Positions 19,817 through 27,346 of a DNA stretch of 32,000 nt are shown piece by piece. Every line of letters begins with the position of its first letter. Positions within the stretch are counted from its first letter, which is position 1. Below the pieces are notes generated by a model. That model saw only the letters and a list, made by a program, of their open reading frames with translations, searched no databases and was not told the DNA's origin. A program made the position numbers and the translations under genes. This DNA is from Geotalea uraniireducens Rf4 (lineage in GTDB: Bacteria > Desulfobacterota > Desulfuromonadia > Geobacterales > Geobacteraceae), in contig NC_009483.1 in NCBI RefSeq assembly GCF_000016745.1, positions 5,070,001 to 5,102,000 of the forward strand, in the 5' to 3' direction.

Positions 19817-19974
19817 GTCCCGTAGGGACAGATTGACGGTAGCCGGGGAATTCATTCCCCGGTTCATGGGACCATAACGTTTCCCACCGTCGCGTACGCG
19901 ACGGATGAATGGGGGATACATCCTCAATCCGTGGGATAAATCCCACGGCTACCCTCAAACGCCCCTGACGGGGC
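19817..19974. repeat. REPIN-like composite repeat, copy B
   Basis: GTCCC-GTA-GGGAC; GGTAG+CCGGGGA-ATTCAT-TCCCCGG (19838-19862); palindrome CGTCGCGTACGCGACG (19888-19903); CCGTGGGA-TAAA-TCCCACGG+CTACC (19929-19953); GCCCC-TGAC-GGGGC. Confidence 0.85.
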
Positions 19975-19987
19975 TTTACCCATTTTC

Positions 19988-20142
19988 GTCCCGTAGGGAC
20001 AGATTGACGGTAGACGGGGAATTCATTCCCCGGACAACATCGCAATGTTTCCCCCCGTCACGTACGTGACGGATGAATGGATGATGCCTCTCAAATCCGT
20101 GGGATAAATCCCACGGCTACCGTCGCACGCCCCTGACGGGGC
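19988..20142. repeat. REPIN-like composite repeat, copy C
   Basis: Same module order as copy B: GGTAG at 20009-20013, hairpin 20015-20032, palindrome CGTCACGTACGTGACG at 20056-20071, inverted REP 20097-20121 and a terminal hairpin 20129-20142. It ends 12 nt from the transposase stop. Confidence 0.85.
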
Positions 20143-20153
20143 TTTGAATATCA

Positions 20154-20605
20154 TTATCCCCATACATACCGTTCATCATATTCAACGCCGTGTTTGCGGA
20201 GAAAATGCACATACTCCTCCTGAAACGACTTTGTACGGTGATGTTCACGCTGTCCTTCGATATAGCGCACGGTATCGGCAATCTGCGAAACCCCGACAGT
20301 GAATGCTCCATAACCATCCTGCCAGGCAAAAGCAGCCATATCGTTGTCTGTCTCATGAATCCATCGCGACGACGCACCCTTGAGCAATTGCACTGCCTTG
20401 CTGATCGGCATGCTTGGCGGCATCGCCAGAAGTATGTGGATATGGTCGTCGTATCCTCCAACCTGCAAGGCTTTCATTGCGTTCGTACGAGCTATGCCGC
20501 AAGGTATTCCCAGATACGAGCTTCCTTCTGCGGGGTAAGCCACGGTTCGCGGTTTTTCGTACTGAATACGATATGGTAATGCAATGCGGTGTATGTATTG
20601 GCCAT
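20154..20605 (-). pseudogene. IS200/IS605-type Y1 (HUH) transposase of the REP-associated (RAYT) kind, disrupted by a 1-nt frameshift
   Basis: The N-terminal piece from ATG 20605 reads MANTYTALHYHIVFSTKNREPWLTPQKEARIWEYLAA-stop (stop at 20492-20494) and carries the HUH motif HYH. The remainder is in another frame (track ORF 20154..20720): ...GIARTNAMKALQVGGYDDHIHILL...KGASSRW...WQDGYGAFTV...VRYIEGQREHH. One extra G near 20495-20503 would restore IWEYLGGIARTN. Confidence 0.8.
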
Positions 20606-20699
20606 TCTGGTTGCCTTGTTCACTCGTCGCCACGCGACGATTGTAGGAGGGCTTCTTCCGTCCCGGCGATGAATCGCCCTCTCTTATCGAAATTTCAAT

Positions 20700-20731
20700 A
20701 AAAAAACGCCTGGCGAACAATTTTCCAGGCG
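20700..20731 (-). terminator. Rho-independent terminator of ftsK
   Basis: The minus strand reads CGCCTGG-AAAATTGTTCG-CCAGGCG-TTTTTTT, 18 nt after the ftsK stop. Confidence 0.8.
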
Positions 20732-20748
20732 GTTATCATATCCTTGTT

Positions 20749-23022
20749 TTAAATCTTATTGATGAACACTTCCCGCGGCTTGCTCGTCCCGTCACTGGGG
20801 CCGACGATCCCTTCCTGCTCCATCTTCTCGATGATGCGGGCGGCGCGGTTGTAGCCGATGCGCAGCCGGCGCTGGACCATGGAGATGGATGCCTGGCGGG
20901 CCTCGGCAACGAGGGCTACCGCATCGTCATAACGATCGTCCACCTCTTCGTCATCGCCACCCTTCTCTTCGCTCGATTTCATCTCCAGGATCGACTTTTC
21001 GTAGACCGGTTTTCCCTGTTTCTTGAGGAACTCCACCACCCGCTGCACTTCGGTATCGGAGACGAAGGCGCCGTGGCTGCGCTGCATCCGGGAGGTGCCG
21101 GGGGGGAGGAAGAGCATGTCGCCCGCACCCAGGAGCGATTCGGCGCCGTTGCAGTCGAGGATGGTGCGGGAGTCGATCTTGGACGACACCTGAAACGAGA
21201 TGCGGGCCGGGAAGTTGGCCTTGATCAGGCCGGTGATGACGTCCACCGACGGCCGCTGGGTGGCGAGAATCAGGTGGATGCCGGCGGCCCGGGCCATCTG
21301 CGCCAGGCGGGCTATGGATTCCTCGATCTCCCGTCCGGCAACCATCATCAGGTCGGCCAGCTCGTCGACGATGACAACGATATAGGGGAGGTGGCCGTGA
21401 TCCAGTTTTTCGTCCTTATTGAGAAAGGCCTGGATGGCTGCTTCGTCTTCAGCCGGCAGATCCTCCACCTCTTCCACCACCACGACCTCTTTAACCTGGT
21501 TTTCGGCCAGCTCCTTTTCTTCCCGTTCCAGCTGCTTGTTGTAGGAGTCGATGTTGCGCACCCCCTTGTCGGACATGAGCCGGTAGCGCCGCCCCATCTC
21601 TTCCACCGCCCATTTCAGGGCCAGCGAGGCCTTCTTCGGGTTGGTCACAACCGGCAGCAGCAGGTGAGGAATGCCCTCGTAGACGGAAAGTTCCAGCATC
21701 TTCGGGTCGACCATGATGATGCGCACGTCGTTCGGCGTGGAGGTGTAGAGAAGCGACAGGATCATGGTGTTGATGGCAACCGACTTGCCGGAGCCGGTGG
21801 CGCCGGCGACAAGGAGGTGCGGCATGCGGGCCAGGTCGGTGACTAGCGGCGCGCCGGCAATGTCCTTGCCCAGCGCCAGAGGCAGCTTCATCTTGCGCTG
21901 GTGGAACTCTTCGCTGTTGAAGATTTCCCGGAGCGATACCATCTCCCGGTCACGGTTGGGGAGTTCGATACCCACCACCCCTTTGCCGGGTATGGGGGCA
22001 ACGATACGGATGGAAAGGGCCTGGAGGGCCATGGAAAGGTCGTCGGCAAGGCCGGCGATGCGGCTTACCTTGATGCCCGGGCCGGGTGCAAATTCGTACA
22101 TGGTGATGACCGGGCCGGGACAGATCTCCACCACCTCGCCATCGACGCCGAAGTCCTTGAGCTTTTTCTCAAGCAGCCTGGCGTTCATGGTCAGAGATTC
22201 CTTGTCCAGTCGCTTTCCCGTCACCTGCGGGGCATCGAGCAGCGACAGGGGGGGCGTCTGGTAGTTGCCGTCGGACTTGATGAATTCGAAGGCCTCCTGG
22301 ATGGCCGCAGTCTTCTTTTCTTCCTGCTTCTTTTCTTTTTTCGCCACCGGCGCAGGGACAGTAATGGGAGCTGCCGCCGGCTTGATCACCGGGGCGCTGG
22401 AGGCGGTCGATTTATTTTCCTTGCCCAGGAGCTCGCGGTTCAATGCCCGGCGCTGCTGAAAACGCGCCCATCTCTCCTTCAGCGCATTAAGCCACCAGTC
22501 GGCAAAGAGGAGAAAGGAGAAACGGGAAAGCACCATGATCGCCGCAGCCAGGAGCGGAAGGATGATGAGGAGCGCACCCGCCTTGCCGAAGGCCCGCTTC
22601 AGGAGGTCGGCGGTCTTGAACCCGACCCAGCCGCCAGTCTGCACCCGCTGTCCGAGGAATTCGGTGAATTCCAGGTTGAAGGCGAACATGGCGGAGAGCG
22701 CCAAGAGAAGGGCAAAGAAGGCGATCACCTTGTAGTATCGCCAGCGCACTTCGTTGTAACGGAGAGTCCGGTAGGTCAGGTAGAGGAGCGCAACGGGCAT
22801 GGCATAGGCAGCCAGGCCGAACAGCTGGAGGAATGCATCGGCCAGCTGTGCGCCGAACCGGCCACCCAGGTTGTGGGTTTCTGCCGCGGCCGAGTAGCTG
22901 TTGAAGGAGAGATCGTTGCCGTCAAAGGAAGCAAGGGCGATGAGGAGGAATATACCCACTGCCCCCATCGCGATCCCCTTGATCTCCTTGGTCAGCTTTT
23001 CTTTTTTAGCCAGCTGTTCCAT
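20749..23022 (-). CDS. ftsK: DNA translocase FtsK
   Basis: The 757-aa product has N-terminal TM segments, a Pro/Lys-rich linker, a motor domain with Walker A GATGSGKS and Walker B IVVIVDE, and a C-terminal gamma winged helix ([21 protein letters not shown]). Confidence 0.96.
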   Translation of the reverse strand: MEQLAKKEKLTKEIKGIAMGAVGIFLLIALASFDGNDLSFNSYSAAAETHNLGGRFGAQLADAFLQLFGLAAYAMPVALLYLTYRTLRYNEVRWRYYKVIAFFALLLALSAMFAFNLEFTEFLGQRVQTGGWVGFKTADLLKRAFGKAGALLIILPLLAAAIMVLSRFSFLLFADWWLNALKERWARFQQRRALNRELLGKENKSTASSAPVIKPAAAPITVPAPVAKKEKKQEEKKTAAIQEAFEFIKSDGNYQTPPLSLLDAPQVTGKRLDKESLTMNARLLEKKLKDFGVDGEVVEICPGPVITMYEFAPGPGIKVSRIAGLADDLSMALQALSIRIVAPIPGKGVVGIELPNRDREMVSLREIFNSEEFHQRKMKLPLALGKDIAGAPLVTDLARMPHLLVAGATGSGKSVAINTMILSLLYTSTPNDVRIIMVDPKMLELSVYEGIPHLLLPVVTNPKKASLALKWAVEEMGRRYRLMSDKGVRNIDSYNKQLEREEKELAENQVKEVVVVEEVEDLPAEDEAAIQAFLNKDEKLDHGHLPYIVVIVDELADLMMVAGREIEESIARLAQMARAAGIHLILATQRPSVDVITGLIKANFPARISFQVSSKIDSRTILDCNGAESLLGAGDMLFLPPGTSRMQRSHGAFVSDTEVQRVVEFLKKQGKPVYEKSILEMKSSEEKGGDDEEVDDRYDDAVALVAEARQASISMVQRRLRIGYNRAARIIEKMEQEGIVGPSDGTSKPREVFINKI

Positions 23023-23105
23023 TTGTTATCCTCGTGCTGCGTGCCAGGAGATTTTAGACGGTTTTACGCAGCACGCTGAACGCAGCACGCAGCACGTAAA
23101 AAACC

Positions 23106-24782
23106 CTACATCTCCAGGATGAGCGGCAGGATCACCGGCCGCCGCTCAATGGTTTTGTTGAAGAACCGCCGCAGCACGCGGCGCACCTCAAGCTTCACCT
23201 CGCTCCAGTCGGCCAGCACTTCCGTGTTTACCAGCGCCAGGGTGTCGACGACCACTTTTTTCGCCTCGTCCAGGTATTGCTGACTCTCGTCCTCGAAGAC
23301 GAAGCCGCGGGAGACGATGTCCGGTCCATAGATGATCTCGCCGGTCCCCTGGTTGATACCGATGATGACCACCACCATGCCGTCTTCGGAGAGGTGTTTG
23401 CGGTCCTTGAGCACCACGTTCCCCACGTCGCCGACCCCCTTGCCGTCAACGAAGACCCTGCCGGTCTCGACCCGGTCGATGATGCATCCTTCTCCGTCGC
23501 TGAAGGCGATCACATCGCCGTTCACCGCCAGGATGCAGCGCTCCTTGGCAAGGCCTACCTTCTGCGCCAGCTGTGCGTGCTTGACCAGGTGGCGGTATTC
23601 GCCGTGGACAGGGATAAAATAACGGGGGCGCACCAGGTTGTGGAGCAGCTTCAGCTCCTCCTGGCTGGCGTGGCCGGAGACGTGCACCTCGGAAACCTTT
23701 TCGTGGTAGACCTCTGCCCCGCGGCGGTAAAGGTGGTTGATCAGGTCGGAGATGGTCTTTTCGTTGCCGGGAATAAAGCGAGAGGAGAGGATGACCGTGT
23801 CTCCTTCCTCCAGCTTGATCTGCTTGTGGTCATCCATGGCGATCCGGGTGAGCGCCGACATCGGCTCGCCCTGGCTGCCGGTGGTGATCATGCAGATCTC
23901 TTCCTTGGGCAGCCGCGGCAATTCCTTCAGGTCGATGAGGAGCTCGTCGGGAATGCGCAGGTAACCGAGTTCCCGGGCGATCTGGACGTTGGCGATCATG
24001 GAGCGGCCGTTCAAAAGCACCTTGCGGCCGGATCGGGCAGCAGCCTCCACCACCTGCTGCACCCGGTGGATATTGCTGGAAAAGGCGGCAACGATGACGC
24101 GCCTGGCGCAGCGGGGAAAGATCTCGTCGAAGGCATCCCCCACCAGTTTTTCCGAGAGGGTGTACCCTTCACGTTCCACGTTGGTGGAGTCGGCCATCAG
24201 CGCCAGGACTCCTGCCTCGCCGTAGCGGGAGAAGGTGGCCAGGTCGGTCAGTTCGCCGTCTACCGGCGTCTGGTCAAGCTTGAAATCGCCGGTATGGATC
24301 ACCACCCCTTCCGGGGAGCGGATGGCCAGGCCGCAGCCATCGACGATGGAATGGGCGACCCGGATGAACTCCACGCTGAAGACGCCGAGGCTGACTATGT
24401 CGCGGGGCTTCACCACCCGCAGGTCTACCTTGCTGTCCAGGTCGTATTCCTTCAGTTTTTCCTTGACGAAACCGAGCGTCAGGGCCGTACCGTAGATGGG
24501 GGGATTGATCTCCCGCAGCACGAAGGGGAGGGCGCCGATGTGATCCTCGTGGCCGTGGGTGAGGCAGATGCCGCGCACCTTGTCGGCTCGATCGAGGAGA
24601 TAGCTAATATCGGGTATGACGATGTCGATCCCGAGCATGTAGGGCTCGGGAAACATCAGGCCGCAGTCGATGATGATAATGTCATCGCCGTATTCGAAGA
24701 CGGCCATGTTCAGGCCGATTTCGCCCAGTCCGCCGAGGGGGATGATCTTCAGGCCGATTGTGTCGGCAGTTGCAGTTTCCAT
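23106..24782 (-). CDS. rnj: Ribonuclease J (metallo-beta-lactamase/beta-CASP)
   Basis: The 558-aa product has LTHGHEDHIGALP (the HxHxDH motif), beta-CASP region motifs and a C-terminal domain. It starts METATADTIGLKIIPLGGLGEIG. Confidence 0.93.
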   Translation of the reverse strand: METATADTIGLKIIPLGGLGEIGLNMAVFEYGDDIIIIDCGLMFPEPYMLGIDIVIPDISYLLDRADKVRGICLTHGHEDHIGALPFVLREINPPIYGTALTLGFVKEKLKEYDLDSKVDLRVVKPRDIVSLGVFSVEFIRVAHSIVDGCGLAIRSPEGVVIHTGDFKLDQTPVDGELTDLATFSRYGEAGVLALMADSTNVEREGYTLSEKLVGDAFDEIFPRCARRVIVAAFSSNIHRVQQVVEAAARSGRKVLLNGRSMIANVQIARELGYLRIPDELLIDLKELPRLPKEEICMITTGSQGEPMSALTRIAMDDHKQIKLEEGDTVILSSRFIPGNEKTISDLINHLYRRGAEVYHEKVSEVHVSGHASQEELKLLHNLVRPRYFIPVHGEYRHLVKHAQLAQKVGLAKERCILAVNGDVIAFSDGEGCIIDRVETGRVFVDGKGVGDVGNVVLKDRKHLSEDGMVVVIIGINQGTGEIIYGPDIVSRGFVFEDESQQYLDEAKKVVVDTLALVNTEVLADWSEVKLEVRRVLRRFFNKTIERRPVILPLILEM

Positions 24783-25006
24783 TTCTTAACCTTTTGCCTG
24801 TAACGCAGCAAAAACCAAAATAGAAAACCTTTGAACCGCAAAGGACCCAAAGGGCCTAAAAAGCAAAGGGCGCAAAGAAAGATAATATGTTTCAAATTCA
24901 ATCTTTGGGTTTTGAGCTTGGTTACGGCTTTACTTTGCGTTCTTCGCGTCTTTGCGGTCCAGAGACTGGTTTGTTTGTCTGCGTTTTTGGTGTCGTGTCG
25001 GTTAGC

Positions 25007-25405
25007 TCACTGTTTCGCCGTTTGCTTCACCAGCTGGGCGATCTTTCCTTCGCAGCGGGCAATCCATTCCTTGCCGGGGGAAGTAAGACCGCGTACAGCG
25101 TAAAAAGAGCTGCGCAGAGAGCGGTAGGCTATCAGGGCCTTATCCATGTCGCCTGCCTGTTCATAGTGTTCGCCGATGCTCCACAGTTTTTCGGCAGCGC
25201 GTTCCACCAGGTCGCTGCCGGGGGTATACATGTGAATCGACGATTCATAACCGGCGATGCCGGCAATGTAATCGCCGGCAGCCAGCGCTTTTTCACCCTT
25301 GTCGAACTGGGTATGCTGACGATAGAGGGTGTTCCCCCAGATGAGGACTATTGCGATGACGGCGATAAGCGCGATGTTGACGGCGATGGTCTTTGCTTTT
25401 TCCAT
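25007..25405 (-). CDS. Membrane-anchored hypothetical protein with a TPR-like repeat
   Basis: Track ORF 25007..25441. The likely start is ATG 25405 (MEKAKTIAVNIALIAVIAIVLIW), preceded by AGGAAA. It has a single TM segment followed by a helical repeat region. Confidence 0.6.
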   Translation of the reverse strand: MEKAKTIAVNIALIAVIAIVLIWGNTLYRQHTQFDKGEKALAAGDYIAGIAGYESSIHMYTPGSDLVERAAEKLWSIGEHYEQAGDMDKALIAYRSLRSSFYAVRGLTSPGKEWIARCEGKIAQLVKQTAKQ

Positions 25406-25412
25406 AAGTTTC

Positions 25413-25598
25413 CTATGCCAGAAAAAATCCGGGTACGGCAATGAGCAGCGCGCCCACGAGGGCAGCGATCAATCCTGCCAGTGCGAGGAGGGCGGCCAGG
25501 ATGTCAAAGGGGCTCCGCAGCCGATGGGCAGCCGGCAGGCCCCAGGCAATGGCGGCAATGCCGACGACAACCATGGCACAATATAGAATCAGCATCAT
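25413..25598 (-). CDS. Small two-TM membrane protein (61 aa)
   Basis: It lies within track ORF 25413..25694. An ATGATG start sits 1 nt after the plsC TGA, with GGAG upstream. The product is MMLILYCAMVVVGIAAIAWGL...LLALAGLIAALVGALLIAV. Confidence 0.5.
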   Translation of the reverse strand: MMLILYCAMVVVGIAAIAWGLPAAHRLRSPFDILAALLALAGLIAALVGALLIAVPGFFLA

Positions 25599-25599
25599 A

Positions 25600-26298
25600 T
25601 CACTCCAGCCCTGCGGCGATAGCATTTCTGACCTGCTCAAGCAATTCCGGATGCTCTTTGCCATTGTATGTGGCGGTGGTGACCGGTTCGGCAAAAGTGA
25701 TACTGAGTATTCCCGGATAGAGTTCCAGGCGGTTACGCGGGTTTATCCGCATGCTGCCGTTGATGGTGAACGGGACGATCGGCACGCCGGCCTTCACCGC
25801 CAGGAGGAATCCCCCTCGCTTGAAAGGGAGCAGGTTGCCGTCCGCGGTGCGGGTCCCCTCCGGGAAAACAACCACGCTGCTGCCGCTCCTGATTCGCGCC
25901 GCCGCTGCATTCATGCTTTTCAGGGCGCGACGGCCGTCACTCCGGTCGAGGGGGATATAGCCGGCGCGGTGCATGGCGCTGCCGAACAAGGGGACCCGGA
26001 ACAGCTCCTCTTTCGCAATCCATGAAAATCGCCGTGGGATTGCCAGGGACAATGCCAGGATGTCGAAATTCCCCTGGTGGTTTCCCATGTAGATGACCGG
26101 TCCGTCGGTGGGTATCTTTTCCACGCCATCCACCCGGACTTTTATCCCGGCAAAGAAAAGTCCCCACCGGCTCCAGAACCTGGCGCATTTATGGGCAAAG
26201 GCGCCGGTAGCATCGAAGAAAGTGCCGCAAACAGCCATTGCACTGCACATTAAGGTGAACGGGACAAAAAACAGCAGATAAATACGCGCACGTAGCAT
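25600..26298 (-). CDS. plsC: 1-acyl-sn-glycerol-3-phosphate acyltransferase
   Basis: The 232-aa product has the acyltransferase motifs NHQGNFD (HX4D) and VVVFPEGTR, plus an N-terminal TM segment. Confidence 0.9.
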   Translation of the reverse strand: MLRARIYLLFFVPFTLMCSAMAVCGTFFDATGAFAHKCARFWSRWGLFFAGIKVRVDGVEKIPTDGPVIYMGNHQGNFDILALSLAIPRRFSWIAKEELFRVPLFGSAMHRAGYIPLDRSDGRRALKSMNAAAARIRSGSSVVVFPEGTRTADGNLLPFKRGGFLLAVKAGVPIVPFTINGSMRINPRNRLELYPGILSITFAEPVTTATYNGKEHPELLEQVRNAIAAGLE

Positions 26299-26446
26299 AA
26301 ATCAACATAACTCCGAAAATTATCCGAGTTAAAGTACTGTTTTTTATCGGCAGAGTCAAACCAAATATCGCTTGCCTAAAAGGCGCATTTTCTATAGACT
26401 GCCTGCATTCAGTGGTGTGTGAAAAAAGGTGATAAGGAGTTGCCCT

Positions 26447-26896
26447 ATGGCCAGTCTCAATAAAGTTATGCTGATAGGAAACCTCGGCAAGGACCCTGAA
26501 GTGCGTTACACCGCCTCAGGAACGGCGGTTGCTAGTTTTTCCCTGGCAACCAGCGAGAAGTTCAAGAACAAGTCCGGTGAGTGGGAAGAGAAAACCGAGT
26601 GGCACAACGTCACCCTCTGGGCCCGCCTGGCGGAGATTGCCGGCGAATACCTGTCCAAAGGGAAGACCGTATATATCGAAGGACGCCTTCAGACCCGCAA
26701 GTGGCAGGACCGTGACGGCAAAGACCGCTACACCACCGAGATCGTCGGGGAGAAGATGCAGATGCTTTCCGGCAAGGGTGAAGGGGGCGGCGGTGGCCGC
26801 CAGGGTGGCGGCAGACCCAGCAGCGATGAGCACGGCGGCGGTGGCCCGAGCTACGAAGAGCCGGTGTTCAATCCCGATGATGATATTCCGTTCTAA
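26447..26896 (+). CDS. ssb: Single-stranded DNA-binding protein
   Basis: Track ORF 26429..26896. The start is ATG 26447 ([22 protein letters not shown]), preceded by AAGGAG. It has an OB fold, a Gly-rich linker and the acidic tail DDDIPF. Confidence 0.96.
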   Translation: MASLNKVMLIGNLGKDPEVRYTASGTAVASFSLATSEKFKNKSGEWEEKTEWHNVTLWARLAEIAGEYLSKGKTVYIEGRLQTRKWQDRDGKDRYTTEIVGEKMQMLSGKGEGGGGGRQGGGRPSSDEHGGGGPSYEEPVFNPDDDIPF

Positions 26897-26935
26897 CCGC
26901 TCATATGCGGCGTGTCAGGTTAATGACATTTCAAA

Positions 26936-26960
26936 AAGGCAACCCTCCGGTTGCCTTTTT
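26936..26960 (+). terminator. Rho-independent terminator of ssb
   Basis: AAGGCAACC-CTCC-GGTTGCCTTTTT. Confidence 0.85.
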
Positions 26961-27085
26961 GCTATCCGGGATACGGATTGACGCCTTGCCATACAATTTA
27001 ACTCATGCTAAAAATTTCTTGCAAAAATAAAAATATATAAACATAGTTATTTTTTTGACCTGAGTAAATGCGAGGGGTAGAACAA

Positions 27086-27343
27086 ATGCATATCCGCAAA
27101 AAAATTCTCGATTACGAGTATCAAGAGGTGCTGGACGTGAAGACCCGCGAGCTGATCCGGGTCGGTTGCGCGGTAGCCGTCGGCTGCCCCACCTGACTGA
27201 AAAAGCACTTCGCGGTCGCGAAGGAAGCGGGGGCAACCCGGGCCGAATTGAAAGAGGCCATTGCCTACGGCATCATTGCCCCGTCCGGCCGGGCGAAGAA
27301 CTTTGCCGTGGGGATGGCTGAGGAACTTGATCTGGAGCTGTAA
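27086..27343 (+). CDS. AhpD/carboxymuconolactone-decarboxylase-like small redox protein with in-frame UGA (probable selenocysteine at codon 37, motif C-P-T-U)
   Basis: My own translation is MHIRKKILDYEYQEVLDVKTRELIRVGCAVAVGCPT[TGA 27194-27196]LKKHFAVAKEAGATRAELKEAIAYGIIAPSGRAKNFAVGMAEELDLEL-TAA. GAGGGG sits 8 nt upstream of the ATG. One continuous frame crosses the TGA, and the CMD-family pattern spans both halves. A hairpin follows the TGA. Confidence 0.8.
27197..27228 (+). promoter_or_regulatory. Candidate bacterial SECIS element
   Basis: CUUCGC-GGUC-GCGAAG (27208-27223) starts 11 nt after the UGA. The loop G residues are about 20-21 nt from the UGA, and a short extra lower stem (GC/GC) is possible. 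Confidence 0.65.
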
Positions 27344-27346
27344 GCC

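Noticed and set aside
19785-20150. Possible CRISPR array, because of the regularly spaced repeats
   Set aside because: There are only two adjacent units of about 160-170 bp. Each is built from several different hairpins, with no short unique spacers and no cas genes. The structure fits REPIN/BIME-type elements instead.
20606-20720. N-terminal part of track ORF 20154..20720 (MFARRFFIEISIREGDSSPG...)
   Set aside because: It is out of frame with the genuine transposase N-terminus (ATG 20605, HYHIVF). This stretch is an accidental open frame upstream of the frameshift, not coding sequence.
21901-24803. Plus-strand ORFs 21901..23079 (392 aa), 21073..21846 (257 aa) and 23277..24803 (508 aa), opposite ftsK and rnj
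   Set aside because: The reasoning is the same: the minus-strand genes are unambiguous, and the plus-strand products are low-complexity mirror-frame translations.
27003-27236. 77-aa minus-strand ORF overlapping the putative selenoprotein gene
   Set aside because: It has no RBS or motif and an Arg/Pro/Ser-rich product. The plus-strand reading gives a coherent CMD/AhpD-like sequence on both sides of the TGA.
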